From a virus, in IMG/VR virus record IMGVR_UViG_3300039008_000002, positions 1 to 42,222 of that record: DNA of 42,222 nt. The stretch is one strand, 5' to 3'. Both the position numbers and the translations under genes were made by a program. The notes beneath the pieces were generated by a model. It made no database searches and was not told the origin of the DNA. It worked only from the letters and a program-made list of their open reading frames with translations. This document shows positions 1 to 8,057 of the stretch, piece by piece. Within the stretch, counting starts at the first letter, position 1. Each line of letters starts with the position of its first letter.

Positions 1-141
1 AGGTCAGCCCGTAGGCTAACCCCGTGCTTTTCGCCAGAGTGTGGACACTCCCGAGCGTATCCCCGCAGCTATCTGCGAGGGGGTCGGAAGCACCCAGCCG
101 AGGATGAGCAGAGCGATGATCCACCAGCTGGTCTGGTTGAT
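1..141. repeat. Terminal overlap: nt 1-141 identical to nt 42082-42222 (circular closure of the contig)
   Basis: Both copies read aggtcagcccgtaggctaac...ggtctggttgat. The overlap cuts through the 3' part of the CDS at 16-372, so it looks like an assembly overlap rather than a biological end. Confidence 0.9.
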
Positions 142-372
142 CTCGACAGTCTCCACCGTCTCGGCTTTCACTTTCTGGGCGTCTGATGTCTGGACGATGT
201 CTCGACCAGCACGAGGGCGTATCAAGGGTTTGACCTCAGTCGTCCCTATGGTCTGGCTGTTGACCGCTCCGACCTGCGTGTTGGGGATCACAAGCGTTGG
301 CTTGGGGATCATCCCACAGGACGGCAGCAGCAGCACAGCAGCGAGGCACAGGCTAATCAGGAGATGACGCAC
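16..372 (-). CDS. Lipoprotein-signal plus C-terminal TM protein; unimolecular-spanin-like topology
   Basis: GTG start with AGGAGG 8 nt upstream. N-terminus MRHLLISLCLAAVLLLPSCG is a signal peptide with a lipobox-like LPSC. A ~60-aa beta-rich middle is followed by the C-terminal helix WWIIALLILGWVL and a basic tail. This is the same topology as phage T1 gp11-type u-spanins. Confidence 0.45.
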   Translation of the reverse strand: MRHLLISLCLAAVLLLPSCGMIPKPTLVIPNTQVGAVNSQTIGTTEVKPLIRPRAGRDIVQTSDAQKVKAETVETVEINQTSWWIIALLILGWVLPTPSQIAAGIRSGVSTLWRKARG

Positions 373-553
373 GGAAGCGACCTCCTGCTATGTTGATGCC
401 TGCCACGGCGGCGATGAACACCAGCGTAGGCTCGACCAGCATGTCAACCATTTGGAGGTCCCCTGAGATGATCTCCCAAAGGAGAACGCCAAAGAGGACC
501 GCCGCATATTCCCTCGCCCCTGTCTTGTTGGAGAGGAACGGGAGGTTGAACAT
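353..553 (-). CDS. 66-aa two-TM membrane protein (holin-like)
   Basis: The ATG overlaps the scaffold stop (TAATG). Two hydrophobic helices (YAAVLFGVLLWEII, PTLVFIAAVAGINIAG). It sits directly upstream of the spanin-like gene. Confidence 0.45.
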   Translation of the reverse strand: MFNLPFLSNKTGAREYAAVLFGVLLWEIISGDLQMVDMLVEPTLVFIAAVAGINIAGGRFRASSPD

Positions 554-1425
554 TACCGCGTGATCATCACGTTGCTTGACGCGGCGATCTTCGCAGTGAC
601 CTTGGCGCGGAACGCCTCGCTGGTCTTGTACTCAGGCTTGGCCATGTCTTCGAGCATTGCTGCTTCGCTCTCATAGCCCGCCTCTGCCTGTGCAGTCTTG
701 CCGCCCATCAGGTTGCCTTCGATGCCGACCTCAGCGACGTACTTGGCCCGCATGTCCGAGACAGCCTTGGATGCCTTGGCGAAGTCGCCGGAGCTGACAG
801 CCTCGTTGTACGGAGCCAATGCGGCCTCGTCGAGGTTCTGGCCCATCCACTGCTGCATGTCGGCGAATGCCTGTTCACCACCTGCGAGGTCCTTGATCTG
901 GCCGATCTGTGCTTCGCTGATGGCGGCAGTGCTTTCGTCCTGTGCTTGGACACCACGGCGATAGGCATCAACCATCTCGCGGGGGTAACCAGCTTCGGCC
1001 AGCTTGGTGTACGTGTCCTCGGAGATCGAGCCTTCGGTGGTGAACTCTTCGGCCACTGCGGTCGGATCGAGGCCCGCCTTGGACAGAGCGTCGGTGACCG
1101 CCTCGCCGTACGGGCTATCGCCAGCCGGTGTCTCGTCGTTCTCGTTGGCTTCGGCTTCGTTGCCTTCCGGGGTCTCCTCAGGGGTAGCGGGGGTTTCTTC
1201 TGCTGCGGGGGTCTCCTCGGCAGGTTGCTGGGACGATTGCCCCAGCTTCTTCTCAAGCTCACCATACGCCTTTACCAGGTCGTCTTGGGTCTTGAACTTG
1301 CCTGCGAGAAGCTCACCGCCTTCGTCGGTCGCCGGGGGCTGAACGCTGTCGGTGGAAACCGTTGCGGTAGCAGCGCCACCAGCATGAGTGACGACTTCGG
1401 GGGTGGGGTTCTCAGTGCCGCTCAT
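553..1425 (-). CDS. Scaffolding protein (T7 gp9-like)
   Basis: 290 aa, very acidic, Ala/Glu-rich and low complexity. Positioned right after the portal, as T7 gene 9 is. Confidence 0.7.
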   Translation of the reverse strand: MSGTENPTPEVVTHAGGAATATVSTDSVQPPATDEGGELLAGKFKTQDDLVKAYGELEKKLGQSSQQPAEETPAAEETPATPEETPEGNEAEANENDETPAGDSPYGEAVTDALSKAGLDPTAVAEEFTTEGSISEDTYTKLAEAGYPREMVDAYRRGVQAQDESTAAISEAQIGQIKDLAGGEQAFADMQQWMGQNLDEAALAPYNEAVSSGDFAKASKAVSDMRAKYVAEVGIEGNLMGGKTAQAEAGYESEAAMLEDMAKPEYKTSEAFRAKVTAKIAASSNVMITR

Positions 1426-1427
1426 GT

Positions 1428-1565
1428 TCAGAACGTCTCCCGTGTTACGCCGTTGCCGAGGTCTTCCTTCTCAGCCTTGCGTACGCCGGTCGAAACTTCG
1501 CCGGGGTTCGAGGGGGTTGCCTTAGGGGTTTCATCCTTAGGCGCTTGGGACTTCTTCGCTGCCAT
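1428..1565 (-). CDS. Small 45-aa Lys/Pro/Glu-rich ORF (below the track cutoff)
   Basis: Translation MAAKKSQAPKDETPKATPSNPGEVSTGVRKAEKEDLGNGVTRETF. The ATG is preceded by the conserved CAACAACTGGAAGGAC initiation cassette. The stop lies 2 nt before the scaffold ATG. It overlaps the portal 3' end by 29 nt. Confidence 0.35.
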   Translation of the reverse strand: MAAKKSQAPKDETPKATPSNPGEVSTGVRKAEKEDLGNGVTRETF

Positions 1566-3123
1566 TTGGCTGTCCTTCCAGTTGTTGTTGAATTGCAGGT
1601 CCCGCCTGACGGATCAGTTCGGGGGCTAGTTGTTTGACCATGTCCATCCCCTCTGCTTTCTCTTGTCCTTCTTGCTGGACAGCTGCAGGGATGATGAGAC
1701 CATTGAGGTCGATGCCGTCCGCGATTGCGAAGCGGGCGATCAGCTCATCGACGTTGATCTTCTGTGCGATGGCTGGGTTGGCGAGAACACGCTCCACCTT
1801 CTCGATGAAACGCAACAGCTTCTCGCCGTCGTGTCCGCGACCGAGAGCGGCAAAGCCGGTCACGATTGCAGGCTTCACTTCGGACGGCAGCTTCGGCATT
1901 CCCTCAAGACTTTGCAGGAGGAACAGCCGACGCTTCACGTACGGAAGCTGGAACTCCTTCGAGAGGAGCGAGTAGATGCCGCCGAGGCTGTCGTCCAACT
2001 CCTGCGCAACATACCGAACCTCTTCGGCGGTGACGCGCTCGGCATCCCGCATAGCTTCGATGTTGATCAGGAAGGCGAAGGCCAGCTCTCGTTTGATCGT
2101 TGCGATCATCTCCTGCGCAACCCGCAGGTCGGCAGCTTTGTCCATCCGCAGGACGGTGACGTCATTGGCATCACCAGTGCGGACACTGTTGTTCGAGGCG
2201 TGGGCGATCACCTTGGGGTTGGTGGTGCCGTTGGGGCGTACGAGGAAGATCACCTTCGCAGCTGCAGCCGACGCATCGGTGACAGCTTTGGAGAGGATTT
2301 CCAGGTTGTTCAGGTCGCCGAGGAACATCTCGATGTAGGAACGGCCATAGGCTTCGCCGTCCACGATCAGGAACCGCAGCGGGAGCCACGGGTTACCTTC
2401 CTCAGGGACGTTGCCGTCAGTGCCGGGGACCTTGTGGCCACCAATCTCCTGATGCCATACCACCCGGCCATCCTTGCGGATCACGTGGGTGTACATCTTG
2501 AGTGTCTTCTCAGCGTGGTTTTCGTTCTGGAGCTTCCCATCACTGGAGAGCTTCGCTTTGATGTCTTCCGAGAGCGAGGCCGGTGCGACCTCTTCTTCGA
2601 TAACGATCTCTGTCCATTCACCCTCAGGCGTCCGAACCACCACGTACTTGTTCAGGTCGTATTGACGGGACCCGGTCTTGCCGATGTACAGCAAGGTGTT
2701 CCCGACGACGATCAGGTGCTTGAGCGCCTCGAACAGGATGGTGGTGTCGCCGCTGTTCTCGATCTCCCGCAGGGCCTGACGTTCGTAAACGCCGAGACCC
2801 TTCTCCACCTGCGTCTTGAACTCAGGATCGACATCAGGCCGGTTGAGCAGCGTGGTCGAGTTGAGCTTGAAGAACGGGGTGTTCATCGGGAGGAGAGAAA
2901 GCAGCATCTTGGATGCAAGGGTGTTGACCCCACGGGCACCCATGCTCTGGGCAGGGTCCTTGATCTTCATGTTGCGGACGGACTTGTTGTCACGCTGGAA
3001 GAGTGTGGGGATCGTCAGCTTGGCGCACTGGTCACCGCGTTGGGTGAAGTGGTCGCGGTCGCTGGAGAGTTGCGCATATCGCGTCTCGGCAGTTGCGGTT
3101 GCAGTGACTGCCTCTTCTGTCAT
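1537..3123 (-). CDS. Portal (head-to-tail connector, T7 gp8-like)
   Basis: 528 aa. AAGGAGA RBS. Size and position (before scaffold/capsid) match T7 gene 8. Confidence 0.85.
   Translation of the reverse strand: MTEEAVTATATAETRYAQLSSDRDHFTQRGDQCAKLTIPTLFQRDNKSVRNMKIKDPAQSMGARGVNTLASKMLLSLLPMNTPFFKLNSTTLLNRPDVDPEFKTQVEKGLGVYERQALREIENSGDTTILFEALKHLIVVGNTLLYIGKTGSRQYDLNKYVVVRTPEGEWTEIVIEEEVAPASLSEDIKAKLSSDGKLQNENHAEKTLKMYTHVIRKDGRVVWHQEIGGHKVPGTDGNVPEEGNPWLPLRFLIVDGEAYGRSYIEMFLGDLNNLEILSKAVTDASAAAAKVIFLVRPNGTTNPKVIAHASNNSVRTGDANDVTVLRMDKAADLRVAQEMIATIKRELAFAFLINIEAMRDAERVTAEEVRYVAQELDDSLGGIYSLLSKEFQLPYVKRRLFLLQSLEGMPKLPSEVKPAIVTGFAALGRGHDGEKLLRFIEKVERVLANPAIAQKINVDELIARFAIADGIDLNGLIIPAAVQQEGQEKAEGMDMVKQLAPELIRQAGPAIQQQLEGQPNGSEEVPSA
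1566..1605 (-). promoter_or_regulatory. Partial third copy of the cassette, embedded in the portal 3' coding end
   Basis: Minus strand GGACCTGCAATTCAACAACAACTGGAAGGACAGCCAA-ATG. It shares CCTGCAATT and the 16-mer CAACAACTGGAAGGAC with the 15.96-16.02 kb cassette but lacks the promoter core. Confidence 0.45.
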
Positions 3124-3132
3124 GGCGTCTCC

Positions 3133-3336
3133 TTACGGGATGTTGACGCCCGAGCCATTAGCCCGAGGTACGTTGAGATCGACGCGGAGGGCTTCAATCC
3201 CTCGCTTGCGTTTGTGGGGTGCCACCTTCAAAGCATCACCTGCGGCTGCGTAACCCATGGCCGTCTCTGACGGGGGCGGGGGCGCTGCCGGGGGAGGAGC
3301 TGGAGGAGGAGGCGTCTTCGGCTTAGGTGGGCACAT
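3133..3336 (-). CDS. Small protein with a proline-rich N-terminus, hypothetical
   Basis: ATG with GAGGAA 7 nt upstream. MCPPKPKTPPPPAPPPAAPPPP followed by a basic C-terminal half. Confidence 0.5.
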   Translation of the reverse strand: MCPPKPKTPPPPAPPPAAPPPPSETAMGYAAAGDALKVAPHKRKRGIEALRVDLNVPRANGSGVNIP

Positions 3337-3505
3337 AAGCGGTTTCCTCTTGGGTCTGTTTGACCGCCTTCAAGTGCCTGATCACCTCAGCATTCCCGAA
3401 GGCCACAGCAGGGTCCTTCTTGGAAGGATCGACAGCTTGGTCGGGGTAGACGGCTTCGAGGTAGGTGATCAGCTCGTCACTGAGTTCGGGGCATTTGATT
3501 TGCAT
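3323..3505 (-). CDS. Hypothetical 60-aa protein
   Basis: Internal ATG (MQIKCPELSD...) with an AAGGAA RBS, directly downstream of the variant promoter at 3523-3538. The longer track ORF begins inside that promoter. Confidence 0.5.
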   Translation of the reverse strand: MQIKCPELSDELITYLEAVYPDQAVDPSKKDPAVAFGNAEVIRHLKAVKQTQEETAYVPT

Positions 3506-3522
3506 GGCGGGGTTCCTTTGGA

Positions 3523-3538
3523 ATGGTGGCACCTAATT
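3523..3538 (-). promoter_or_regulatory. Variant phage promoter (2 mismatches) upstream of the late/structural block
   Basis: Minus strand GAATTAGGTGCCACCATTCCAAAGGAACCCCGCCATG. The consensus GGGACC is replaced by GGTGCC. It leads directly into an RBS and ATG. Confidence 0.55.
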
Positions 3539-3540
3539 CT

Positions 3541-3566
3541 GGGGAGGACCCCATAGGGTCCCCTCC
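3541..3566 (-). promoter_or_regulatory. GC-rich hairpin between the RNR stop and the variant promoter (no U-run)
   Basis: Minus strand GGAGGGGACCC-TAT(G)-GGGGTCCTCCCC. Possibly an RNA processing or stability element. Confidence 0.4.
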
Positions 3567-3568
3567 TG

Positions 3569-5437
3569 CTACTCACATGTCCGCTTCCCTGTGGCGGGAT
3601 CGAACGTACAAGCTGCCCCTTCGTCCCACGGCTCATCGTCGGGGAGAGGGTCGCCTGTCTCAGGGTCAACGCCATACATCTCGCAGATGCGATCAGACAC
3701 ATCGAACGGGTTCTTGAGATCGGCATAGGTGATAACCACTGCGGTGATCGCAGCCGCGTACCAGCCCTTGATCTTCGACCAGATCGACGGCTTCTTGGTC
3801 TCCTCGATAGCGTTGAGGATGCCGAAGCGTTTACCTGCCGAGCGGAAGGTCGTGCATCCCTTCGCGCCGCCGAGCCACGCCTTCATGTACACGTCCTTGA
3901 ACTCCTCGAACGTCACATCGTCGCCGATGTTGCAGGTCTTGGAGCAAGCACTGTCCACCCACTTCTGGAAGGCGATCAGCATGTCCACGTGTTCAGCCGG
4001 TGCGAGGTCAGCTGCGGTGCGTCCCTCGATCCCCCACTCGCGGTAAGCGTAGTCGGTCACACGCTCTACCTTGGCACCGTCGAACTGCTGCACAGTGCGG
4101 TCGTACTCAAGGAGAAACGGTGGCTCGATGCCGGAGCTGATGTTGTCAGCAGCCAGAGCGATGGAGCCGGTCGGAGCGATGGAAGTCAGGTGCGAGTTGC
4201 GGATGCCCCAGCGACGGATCGCGTCCTGTACCCACGGGTCGAGCTTCTGGATGAACTTCGAGTTGACATACATCGTCTCGTCGTAGAGCGGGAACGCGCC
4301 CTTCTCACGAGCCAGATCAACCGAGGCCATGTAGCAGGCGTTGGTGAACGCTTCCATGGTCTCTTCGACGAACTGGACAGCATCGTCAGTGCCGTAGGGG
4401 TAGCCCAGAGCTTCCAGTGCATTGGCCACACCAGCTGCGCCCAGACCCATCCGACGCTTGTCCTTGGCTTCCTTCTCCTGCTCGGGCAACGGGTAGATCG
4501 TACGGTCGATCACGTTGTCCATGGCACGGACCACATGCGGGATGTCCAGCATGAGCTGGTGCATGTTGAAGCGGAAGCTGCCGTCTTCCCGGCGCACGAT
4601 GTACGCTGCCCAGTTGAAGCTGCCGAGTAGGCAAGCACCATGGGGAGGGAGCGGTTGTTCGCCGCAAGGGTTGGTCGCCGCGATGGTCTCGCAGTACCAG
4701 AGGTTGTTCATCTTGTTGATGGTATCGAGGAACAGCACACCGGGTTCAGCCCAGTCCCAGGTCGCCTGCATGATCTCGTCCCACAGCTCGACAGCACGGA
4801 TGGTCTTGACCACCTCGCCGTTGAATTTGAGATCGAAGTCGGTGTCGTTCATGACAGCATGCATGAAGGTGTCGGTGATCCCGACGGAGATGTTGAAGCG
4901 ACGGAGCGTGGTGTTGTCCTGCTTGGCGCGGACGAAGTCGAGGATGTCAGGGTGATCGACACGCAGTACACCCATCTGGGCACCGCGACGGTTACCAGCT
5001 GAGGCTACGGTGCCGCAGGTGGCATCGAAGGGTTCCATGAAGGAGAGAGGGCCAGACGCTTTGGAGCCGAGGGATTTGATCTCAGCGCCACGGAAGCGGA
5101 TGGTCGAGAAGTCATAGCCGATGCCGCCGCCCTTTTGCATGGTGAGGGCAGCTTCTTTCAGGCGGTCCATGATGCCTGTCATGCTGTCAGGGATGGAGCC
5201 AGAGACGAAGCAGTTGAAAGCTGTGGTTGAGCGGAAGGAGCCAGCTGCGGATTGGACGCGGCCAGCGGGGAGGAAACGACGGTTGAGCAGGATTTGGTAC
5301 AGCGCCTCTGCATGCTCGGGGCTGTCCGACAGAGCGTCGGCGATACGGCGCATGGCGACCTCGAAGGTCTCGCCGGGTTGGCGGTGCTTGTCTCGTCCTG
5401 TTTCCTCGGAGATCGGGAGTGTGGGTCCGTGGTTCAT
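3569..5437 (-). CDS. nrdJ: Ribonucleotide reductase, class II (adenosylcobalamin-type, NrdJ-like)
   Basis: 622 aa. Contains the motif ATNPCGEQPLPPHGACLLGS, LPAGRVQSAAGS...NCFV near the N-terminus, and a C-terminal Cys pair (ACTFDPATGKRTCE). Confidence 0.85.
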   Translation of the reverse strand: MNHGPTLPISEETGRDKHRQPGETFEVAMRRIADALSDSPEHAEALYQILLNRRFLPAGRVQSAAGSFRSTTAFNCFVSGSIPDSMTGIMDRLKEAALTMQKGGGIGYDFSTIRFRGAEIKSLGSKASGPLSFMEPFDATCGTVASAGNRRGAQMGVLRVDHPDILDFVRAKQDNTTLRRFNISVGITDTFMHAVMNDTDFDLKFNGEVVKTIRAVELWDEIMQATWDWAEPGVLFLDTINKMNNLWYCETIAATNPCGEQPLPPHGACLLGSFNWAAYIVRREDGSFRFNMHQLMLDIPHVVRAMDNVIDRTIYPLPEQEKEAKDKRRMGLGAAGVANALEALGYPYGTDDAVQFVEETMEAFTNACYMASVDLAREKGAFPLYDETMYVNSKFIQKLDPWVQDAIRRWGIRNSHLTSIAPTGSIALAADNISSGIEPPFLLEYDRTVQQFDGAKVERVTDYAYREWGIEGRTAADLAPAEHVDMLIAFQKWVDSACSKTCNIGDDVTFEEFKDVYMKAWLGGAKGCTTFRSAGKRFGILNAIEETKKPSIWSKIKGWYAAAITAVVITYADLKNPFDVSDRICEMYGVDPETGDPLPDDEPWDEGAACTFDPATGKRTCE

Positions 5438-5462
5438 TCTTGTTCTTTTTGCGAGGGGTTGG

Positions 5463-5490
5463 AAAGAAAAGCCCCCGCCGAAGCGAGGGC
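5463..5490 (-). terminator. Intrinsic terminator between mazG and the RNR gene
   Basis: Minus strand GCCCTCGC-TTCG-GCGGGGGC-TTTTCTTTCC. Confidence 0.7.
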
Positions 5491-5496
5491 CGTGGG

Positions 5497-5979
5497 TCAG
5501 ACCAGATCGGTCAGATCGGGTTCCCGGTAGTTGGGACCCTTGAGGATTTTGCCGTCCTCTCGGCGGATGGGTTTGCCGTCCTCACCCAGCTTGCTCATGT
5601 TGCTGGCGTGGACCCGGTCGAAGGCTTCCATGAAGACAGCCTCGTCGAAGTAGCAGGTGTACGGCTCGGTCCAGACACCGATGTCGAGGAACAGGCGCTT
5701 CATCGCCTCGGCTTCCTCTTCCGGCATCAGCTTCTCCAGATCGTCCAGAGTGCGACCACCGTCGGTCACGTTGAGGAAACCCATGGTGACGTAGATCAGG
5801 TCCACGATCTCCTTGAGCTTCTGCACCTCGTCGTCACCTTCGAAGGCTTCTTGCACCTCGTCGAACTCTTCACGGATCAGCTTGAGCCAGAGCCGGGGAT
5901 CGAGCGATGCTTCGAACGTGCGGATGAACTCGGCGGTGATCGCCATGCAGTGTGCTTCTGCTTGCAGTGCTGTCAGCAT
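5497..5979 (-). CDS. mazG: MazG-like nucleoside triphosphate pyrophosphohydrolase
   Basis: Internal start MLTALQAE. Contains REEFDEVQEAFEGDD...EIVDLIYVTMG (an EExxE...D MazG-type helix pair) and C-terminal HASNMSKLGEDGKPIRREDGKILKGPNY. Confidence 0.7.
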   Translation of the reverse strand: MLTALQAEAHCMAITAEFIRTFEASLDPRLWLKLIREEFDEVQEAFEGDDEVQKLKEIVDLIYVTMGFLNVTDGGRTLDDLEKLMPEEEAEAMKRLFLDIGVWTEPYTCYFDEAVFMEAFDRVHASNMSKLGEDGKPIRREDGKILKGPNYREPDLTDLV

Positions 5980-6266
5980 GCGGGACGTTTCCTTTTTCCA
6001 TTGAGGATTTCTGAGACGCGACCGGGATTGAGGCCGACAGCCGCAGCGATCTCGTGTTGGGATTTGGAGGTGACAGAGGAAAGGCGGACGACCTTGTCCC
6101 ACTGTTCAGGGGTGACGCCCCGGTTCTTCGACGGGGCAACACGTGACGCACTCTTACGGGTCATGAGCGAGAGAGCTTCCGCGATCTTCTCGGCCTCAGG
6201 CCCTTCGAGGTAGGAGCTGTCAAGCACCTCCTCCAGCAGCCCTCGTGCCTTGGGGATGTCGCTCAT
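5973..6266 (-). CDS. Small helix-turn-helix protein
   Basis: ATGA overlap with the upstream gene. SQHEIAAAVGLNPGRVSEILNGKR is an HTH-like segment. Confidence 0.5.
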   Translation of the reverse strand: MSDIPKARGLLEEVLDSSYLEGPEAEKIAEALSLMTRKSASRVAPSKNRGVTPEQWDKVVRLSSVTSKSQHEIAAAVGLNPGRVSEILNGKRKRPAC

Positions 6267-6523
6267 AGGATTTCTTCCCCTTCGAGTTGGTTGATGCGCA
6301 TCTCGCAGTAGCGGATGACTTTGCGCAGATCGGTGATCTCGCTCTCGCGTTCGTCCTGACCTGGGTAGAGCTTGGAGCCAGCGCGGCAGACGTACTTGAT
6401 GACGTTGCCTTTCCAGAAGGAGAGGCCGTTGCGCATGATGAAGGTGATGGGTTCGATCACGAACTGGGTGTAGTGCGAGGGCCGTACGACGACGTCCTCG
6501 GCAGGTTCTGTCACGGTGTCCAC
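6263..6523 (-). CDS. DUF3310-like phage protein
   Basis: SHYTQFVIEPITFI...GNVIKYVCRAG...DLRKVIRY matches the pattern I recall for DUF3310. There is no in-frame ATG, so the start is inferred as GTG (6523 or 6514). Confidence 0.55.
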   Translation of the reverse strand: MDTVTEPAEDVVVRPSHYTQFVIEPITFIMRNGLSFWKGNVIKYVCRAGSKLYPGQDERESEITDLRKVIRYCEMRINQLEGEEIL

Positions 6524-7368
6524 AGGATGGGTTCCTTGGTTTTGAAGTTGTAGTCTGAGGCGCGGAGGATGCGGGCCACCTGTGCTTGGCGGATGGCTTC
6601 CTCGACACCCAGACCAGCTGCCTCGAAGTGACTGACCACGACTTCCCATAGGTCGTCGCATTCCTCTTCGCGGTAGCGGATCACGGTGTTCCCTTTGTTG
6701 GGACCACTCTTGAGCGTGTGTTCGTACGGGACCTTCTTGAGACCGCCGTCGATGATCTTGTCGGCAATGGTGGTCCCTATTCCGGGGCACCCGCCGTAAC
6801 CGTCTGTGACATCGCCTGACAAAGTCTGCTTGAGCCAGTAGCAATTGGCCTCAAATGCGGAGACTTCGGTGATGTCCCATGCGCCTACGATCTCGACGCC
6901 GTCCTCGCTGAACTGCGCCTTGGTGCGGACGTACTTGCCGGGGATCGTCTTCATGTCCTTGTCGATGGACACGATGATCTGCTCGGCCTTGGAGGGACGT
7001 GTGGCGAGGATGCCCATGAGGTCGTCGCCTTCGAGGCCCGGTGCCATCTTGGCGTCCATGTTCTCGATCATCCATTGCTTCACAGCGAGGAGGACCAGAG
7101 GCTTGCGGACGGTTTTGCGGTGGGTCTTATAGGTGGGCAGGACGTCGAGGCGGAAGTTGTGTTCAGGGTCGGTGAGGCAGAGGACGTGCTTGTCGCCCTC
7201 CAGCTTCTCCATGATGTCCATCACGGTGCTTTCGACACGGGCTGTCACCTCGTCGAAGTTCACGTTCCATGTCCAGTGCCCCGGCTCCCATTCGAGAGCT
7301 GTCTCGCAAGAGGCGGCGCACTGGTAGGCCACCACATCCCCGTCAATGAGGAGTGTGCGTTTTGCCAT
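6511..7368 (-). CDS. 5'-3' exonuclease (T7 gp6-like)
   Basis: Start MAKRTLLIDGD (TGATG overlap with thyX). LEGDDLMGILA, SIDKDMKTIPG, SGDVTDGYGG and the C-terminal ARILRASDYNFKTKEPILWTP parallel T7 gp6. Confidence 0.9.
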   Translation of the reverse strand: MAKRTLLIDGDVVAYQCAASCETALEWEPGHWTWNVNFDEVTARVESTVMDIMEKLEGDKHVLCLTDPEHNFRLDVLPTYKTHRKTVRKPLVLLAVKQWMIENMDAKMAPGLEGDDLMGILATRPSKAEQIIVSIDKDMKTIPGKYVRTKAQFSEDGVEIVGAWDITEVSAFEANCYWLKQTLSGDVTDGYGGCPGIGTTIADKIIDGGLKKVPYEHTLKSGPNKGNTVIRYREEECDDLWEVVVSHFEAAGLGVEEAIRQAQVARILRASDYNFKTKEPILWTP

Positions 7369-8054
7369 CAGTTGGCTCCATGTTTGAGCAGTGCTTCGGT
7401 CGAGACCGGGAACAGTGCTTTCAGGTTGTTGAGGATTGGTTGTGCGACGTACGAAGCCTCGCGCTGGGCGTGGCCATCGAGACGCAGCTGGCACATCTTG
7501 GCGAAGGCGTAGACAGACCCCGACCAAATCCACGTGGTCATGAGGGACTGCGGCAGGAACATGCGGGCTTGCTCACGGCAGAGGCCGTCAGCGATGGCTT
7601 GGAAGTAGCAGTCCTTTGCGGCCTCGATCAGCTTGGAGTACCGCATCGAGATGCGTCCTGCTGCGTCCCAGTCCACAGGATTGCCGCTACCTTGCTTCAC
7701 CGCGTCAGGCTGCGAACGCCAATCATTCCTGTCCTCTGGCCAGTAGAACTCCAGATCACCCTCGACATAGCGACGGCTCACCTCGTTCCACGGCAGGTAC
7801 TCGTGCTTCACCAGCTGCCGCGCAATGAAGATCGGAGCGGTGACACGGAACGAAACGAATGCGTGGTTGAAGGGGGACTTGTGCTTGTGCCGAGCGAGGT
7901 AGTCGATCAGCTTTTCGTCTTGCTCTGGAAGGGCATAGGTGCCGATCTTCATGTCGGTGCAGACGTAGTCGCTCTCAGCGTCGAAGGACACACGAGCGGC
8001 GTTGACCACAGCCAGGTCATCCCCAGAGTGGCGCAGGTATTGGACGTCGATCAT
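7368..8054 (-). CDS. thyX: FAD-dependent thymidylate synthase (ThyX-like)
   Basis: 228 aa. Contains RHSGDDLAVVNAARVSF, HKSPFNHAFVSFRVTAPIFIARQLVKH...NEVSRRY (a ThyX-type RHRxxSxxxxSxRY-like motif in which the first Arg is Lys). Confidence 0.75.
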   Translation of the reverse strand: MIDVQYLRHSGDDLAVVNAARVSFDAESDYVCTDMKIGTYALPEQDEKLIDYLARHKHKSPFNHAFVSFRVTAPIFIARQLVKHEYLPWNEVSRRYVEGDLEFYWPEDRNDWRSQPDAVKQGSGNPVDWDAAGRISMRYSKLIEAAKDCYFQAIADGLCREQARMFLPQSLMTTWIWSGSVYAFAKMCQLRLDGHAQREASYVAQPILNNLKALFPVSTEALLKHGAN

Positions 8055-8057
8055 TGG

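Noticed and set aside
1-141. The 141-nt end duplication as a genuine T7-style direct terminal repeat
   Set aside because: It would place the genome ends inside a CDS and between scaffold and capsid. An exact overlap of this length is what a de Bruijn assembler leaves on a circular path. The real termini are more plausibly in the 24.07-25.15 kb leader.
1630-3270. 546-aa plus-strand ORF, with similar long plus-strand ORFs at 16978-18885, 38634-40100, 33911-34486, 19298-20278 and elsewhere
   Set aside because: Each is exactly antisense to a minus-strand gene with clear homology motifs (portal, RNAP, gp12, gp16, int). The translations are Arg/Gly/Val/His-rich and low complexity, with no RBS. These are typical shadow ORFs of GC-rich coding DNA.
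3257-3556. Gly-rich plus-strand ORF (MAVSDGGGGAAGGGAGGGG...)
   Set aside because: It is the antisense image of the proline-rich N-terminus of the minus-strand gene at 3133-3336, which has a proper RBS and stop/start coupling.
6511-7533. N-terminal extensions of several track ORFs (for example 6511-7533, 8428-10506, 21298-21999, 23314-24189, 40748-41746)
   Set aside because: The extensions overlap the upstream gene or a promoter or terminator, and they lack an RBS. Internal ATGs with good SD sequences and homology-consistent N-termini were used instead.
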